From positions 27,590,001 through 27,654,000 of the forward strand of contig NC_088856.1 of the NCBI RefSeq assembly GCF_963853765.1: a DNA stretch of 64,000 nt, given 5' to 3'. The stretch is from Magallana gigas. Lineage: Eukaryota. Positions 62,000-64,000 of this stretch are shown piece after piece (position 1 is the stretch's first letter; the number at the start of each line of letters is the position of its first letter). Below the pieces are notes generated by a model. The model worked only from the letters and a program-made list of their open reading frames with translations. It ran no database searches and was not told where the DNA came from. A program made the translations under genes and the position numbers.

Positions 62000-64000
62000 T
62001 AGTCGGACCTTGTATTTCTTTTCTTGTTGCCGGAGAAACTATACAGATTTTTAATATAAAGTTAATGAACAACATGAGTTTGAATTTACCAAAGCTTTAG
62101 ATTGATATCAAGAAAAAATAATATGTCCACTCAAACTAGGGCCTCTGACATGGGTCTAAATTCTTCCATCTATAGCTTTATTGTTGGATAAACAAGACTC
62201 TTGCCATTTGAACGAAGTCAGTGGCCCAATTCCTAGATCATGCTTCGTTGCCGTGAATCAAGGTTAAGGTATAATCTCACATTCTGAAAATCTGACGAAA
62301 GACAGCTTCGTTGCCTATGGCGAGATTGTGTCCAGTTAAATGTATGTTTACTTACTTCTACAACTTTTGTCACTCACAAAAATGTATATCATTTAGGAAT
62401 AAAGAACATAATAATGAACTATTTAATAATATGAAAATGGCATTCCCTGTGTATGAGTTTTAGAAAGGGTTTCCAACCTATCAACTCTCGGAAATAAGAA
62501 GTAATAAAACTGAATTCTCAAATTCATCGTGTGAATGCAATCTAATCATGTATATATTAGATAATATATCTCCTAAACAAGGACACACAAATGTTTGCAA
62601 AGTAAACATCATATTAATCTTAAATGATTATAAAATTACAAAATTGCAGGCGCTTAATTACATTGATGTTATATTGCGCATCTGGATTGGGTTGACTGAA
62701 CAAAGTCGTTTAATTGTTTATCCTATTTCTTATTTTATTATCCATTAGTAAACGTTTCGCGTTCATCAATATAATCTAGAGCAGTTATACGTTTTGAATT
62801 CGAGTATCCGAAGTCATCATATGGTATACATTGTAAATTTCATTTTGTGTTCAATTGCCATTTTAAGATTTGATTTGATTGCAAGTTTTACGTTTCATAA
62901 AAAAGATAAAAACGGATTCTTTTTTTTTTTAATTAAATGACTTTTGTTATAGATAATTTGAATTATTTACATAACTTATTTATTATGAATTAATGAATGC
63001 GTGCATATTTAAAAGATAACTGTGGGTAAATGACGCATTGCATTTTATATATGTTGCAGTTTGATATTTGTATTTCTGAATGAATTATGATATTATATGT
63101 CTATTATTCTAAACCTTTTTATCTAGCATAATAATATTGAAGAAATAAACAACGGCCTTTTTCCTTGGTTACAACTGGGTGCACAAATTTAACAATTTGC
63201 CGCATCATGACAGTAAGCTTATCATGTGTTTTGGTTTAATGATTTTGAAAGATCTAGAACTAGTTTATTTATTTATAATTTTGCTTACGAATATAAAGTA
63301 GGATTTAAAATGTGGACTTGCATAATGAAATTGTGTTCTTCACTTTATATAATCACATTTTAGGTCCCTTTGAATGTTTCAACAGTTTCTGGAGAAATGG
63401 TATTAATATTATTGATAGTAATGTTCATACTAATTGTTGTGATACTTAACGTGAGTACCTGTTGCTGCTTCTGTTGTTATGAAAGGTAAGAAATTATTAC
63501 TTCTTACTATACAGAAATAACTAGTACACGCATTACAGATGTTTGATCCACCTCTTAATAATACACAGGAAATATAGCGCGAGTTCACTATGACACCATA
63601 CGTTAAGATATATAATCATTTGCTTACGTATCTCGACAATGCTGAGAAAAACTCATGAAAATAACAGTTCAAGTTCAACGTAATTCGCTACACAGATGTG
63701 ACCTTTGTTGACGTACATCCCAGATTGCCATGTTACTCGGTTGTGACTAAAGCATCAATTCTAGGCACTTATTCCAAGCTTAAGCTAAGAGAAACAAAAC
63801 CTCAAATATGTTTGTCAATGCATTACAATGGAAGTATATATGATACTGACTTTACTACCAAACAAGTAATTATACACGTCAAACGTGAGGTTTATGTGTC
63901 CATTCAAGTGTAACGAAACAAAAGAGTTTATAAACCCCTTTGTGTGTGTCTATTATTGACTCAACATAAACATAAAGCAAAGGAATATATGTTTGCCTCG
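62000..64000 (+). repeat. Segmental duplication of ~33460-35390
   Basis: Colinear, e.g. GAAGTCAGTGGCCCAAT, CTGAAAATCTGACG(G/A)AAGACAGCTTCGTTGC and GCTTAAGCTAA(A/G)AGAAACAAAACCTCAAAT. Confidence 0.9.
63397..63485 (+). CDS. Gene B4: TM exon (partial gene; tail exon expected just beyond the window)
   Basis: MVLILLIVMFILIVVILNVSTCCCFCCYE followed by AG|GTAAG. The downstream intron matches B3 intron 2 up to the window end. Confidence 0.75.

Overview
AT-rich, intron-containing animal genomic DNA. The repeat landscape resembles a bivalve such as oyster; that is inference and the species is not confirmed. There are three short N gaps and no rRNA, tRNA or CRISPR features. The six-frame ORF track misses the main content: a + strand tandem array of nine copies of a small spliced gene family, in two subtypes (A1, B1, A2, B2, A3, A4, B3, A5, B4). 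I reconstructed the copies by hand from paralog alignment and splice phases. A-type genes have three coding exons. Exon 1 encodes a short, highly variable N-terminal peptide with no signal peptide and ends in a phase-1 intron. Exon 2 encodes one transmembrane helix followed by a Cys cluster and Y-K/E-R and ends in a phase-2 intron. Exon 3 encodes an acidic, low-complexity tail with conserved tyrosine motifs (YE[K/T]P, YEE[V/I], YLTP, and YQN in one copy). This matches the architecture of palmitoylated type III transmembrane adaptor proteins (LAT/NTAL/PAG-like); homology to those proteins is not claimed. A4, A5 and B3 look intact, A1 is probably intact, A2 runs into a gap, B4 runs off the window, and B1, B2 and A3 are disrupted. 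Between the genes lie a degenerate tyrosine-recombinase retrotransposon (DIRS order, Ngaro-like: gag, RT/RNase H, YR, SGNH hydrolase), a head-to-tail array of Helentron-like elements, two other Helentron-associated (HINE/DINE-1-like) elements, two copies of a CACTA-ended non-autonomous element, hairpin MITEs and microsatellites.
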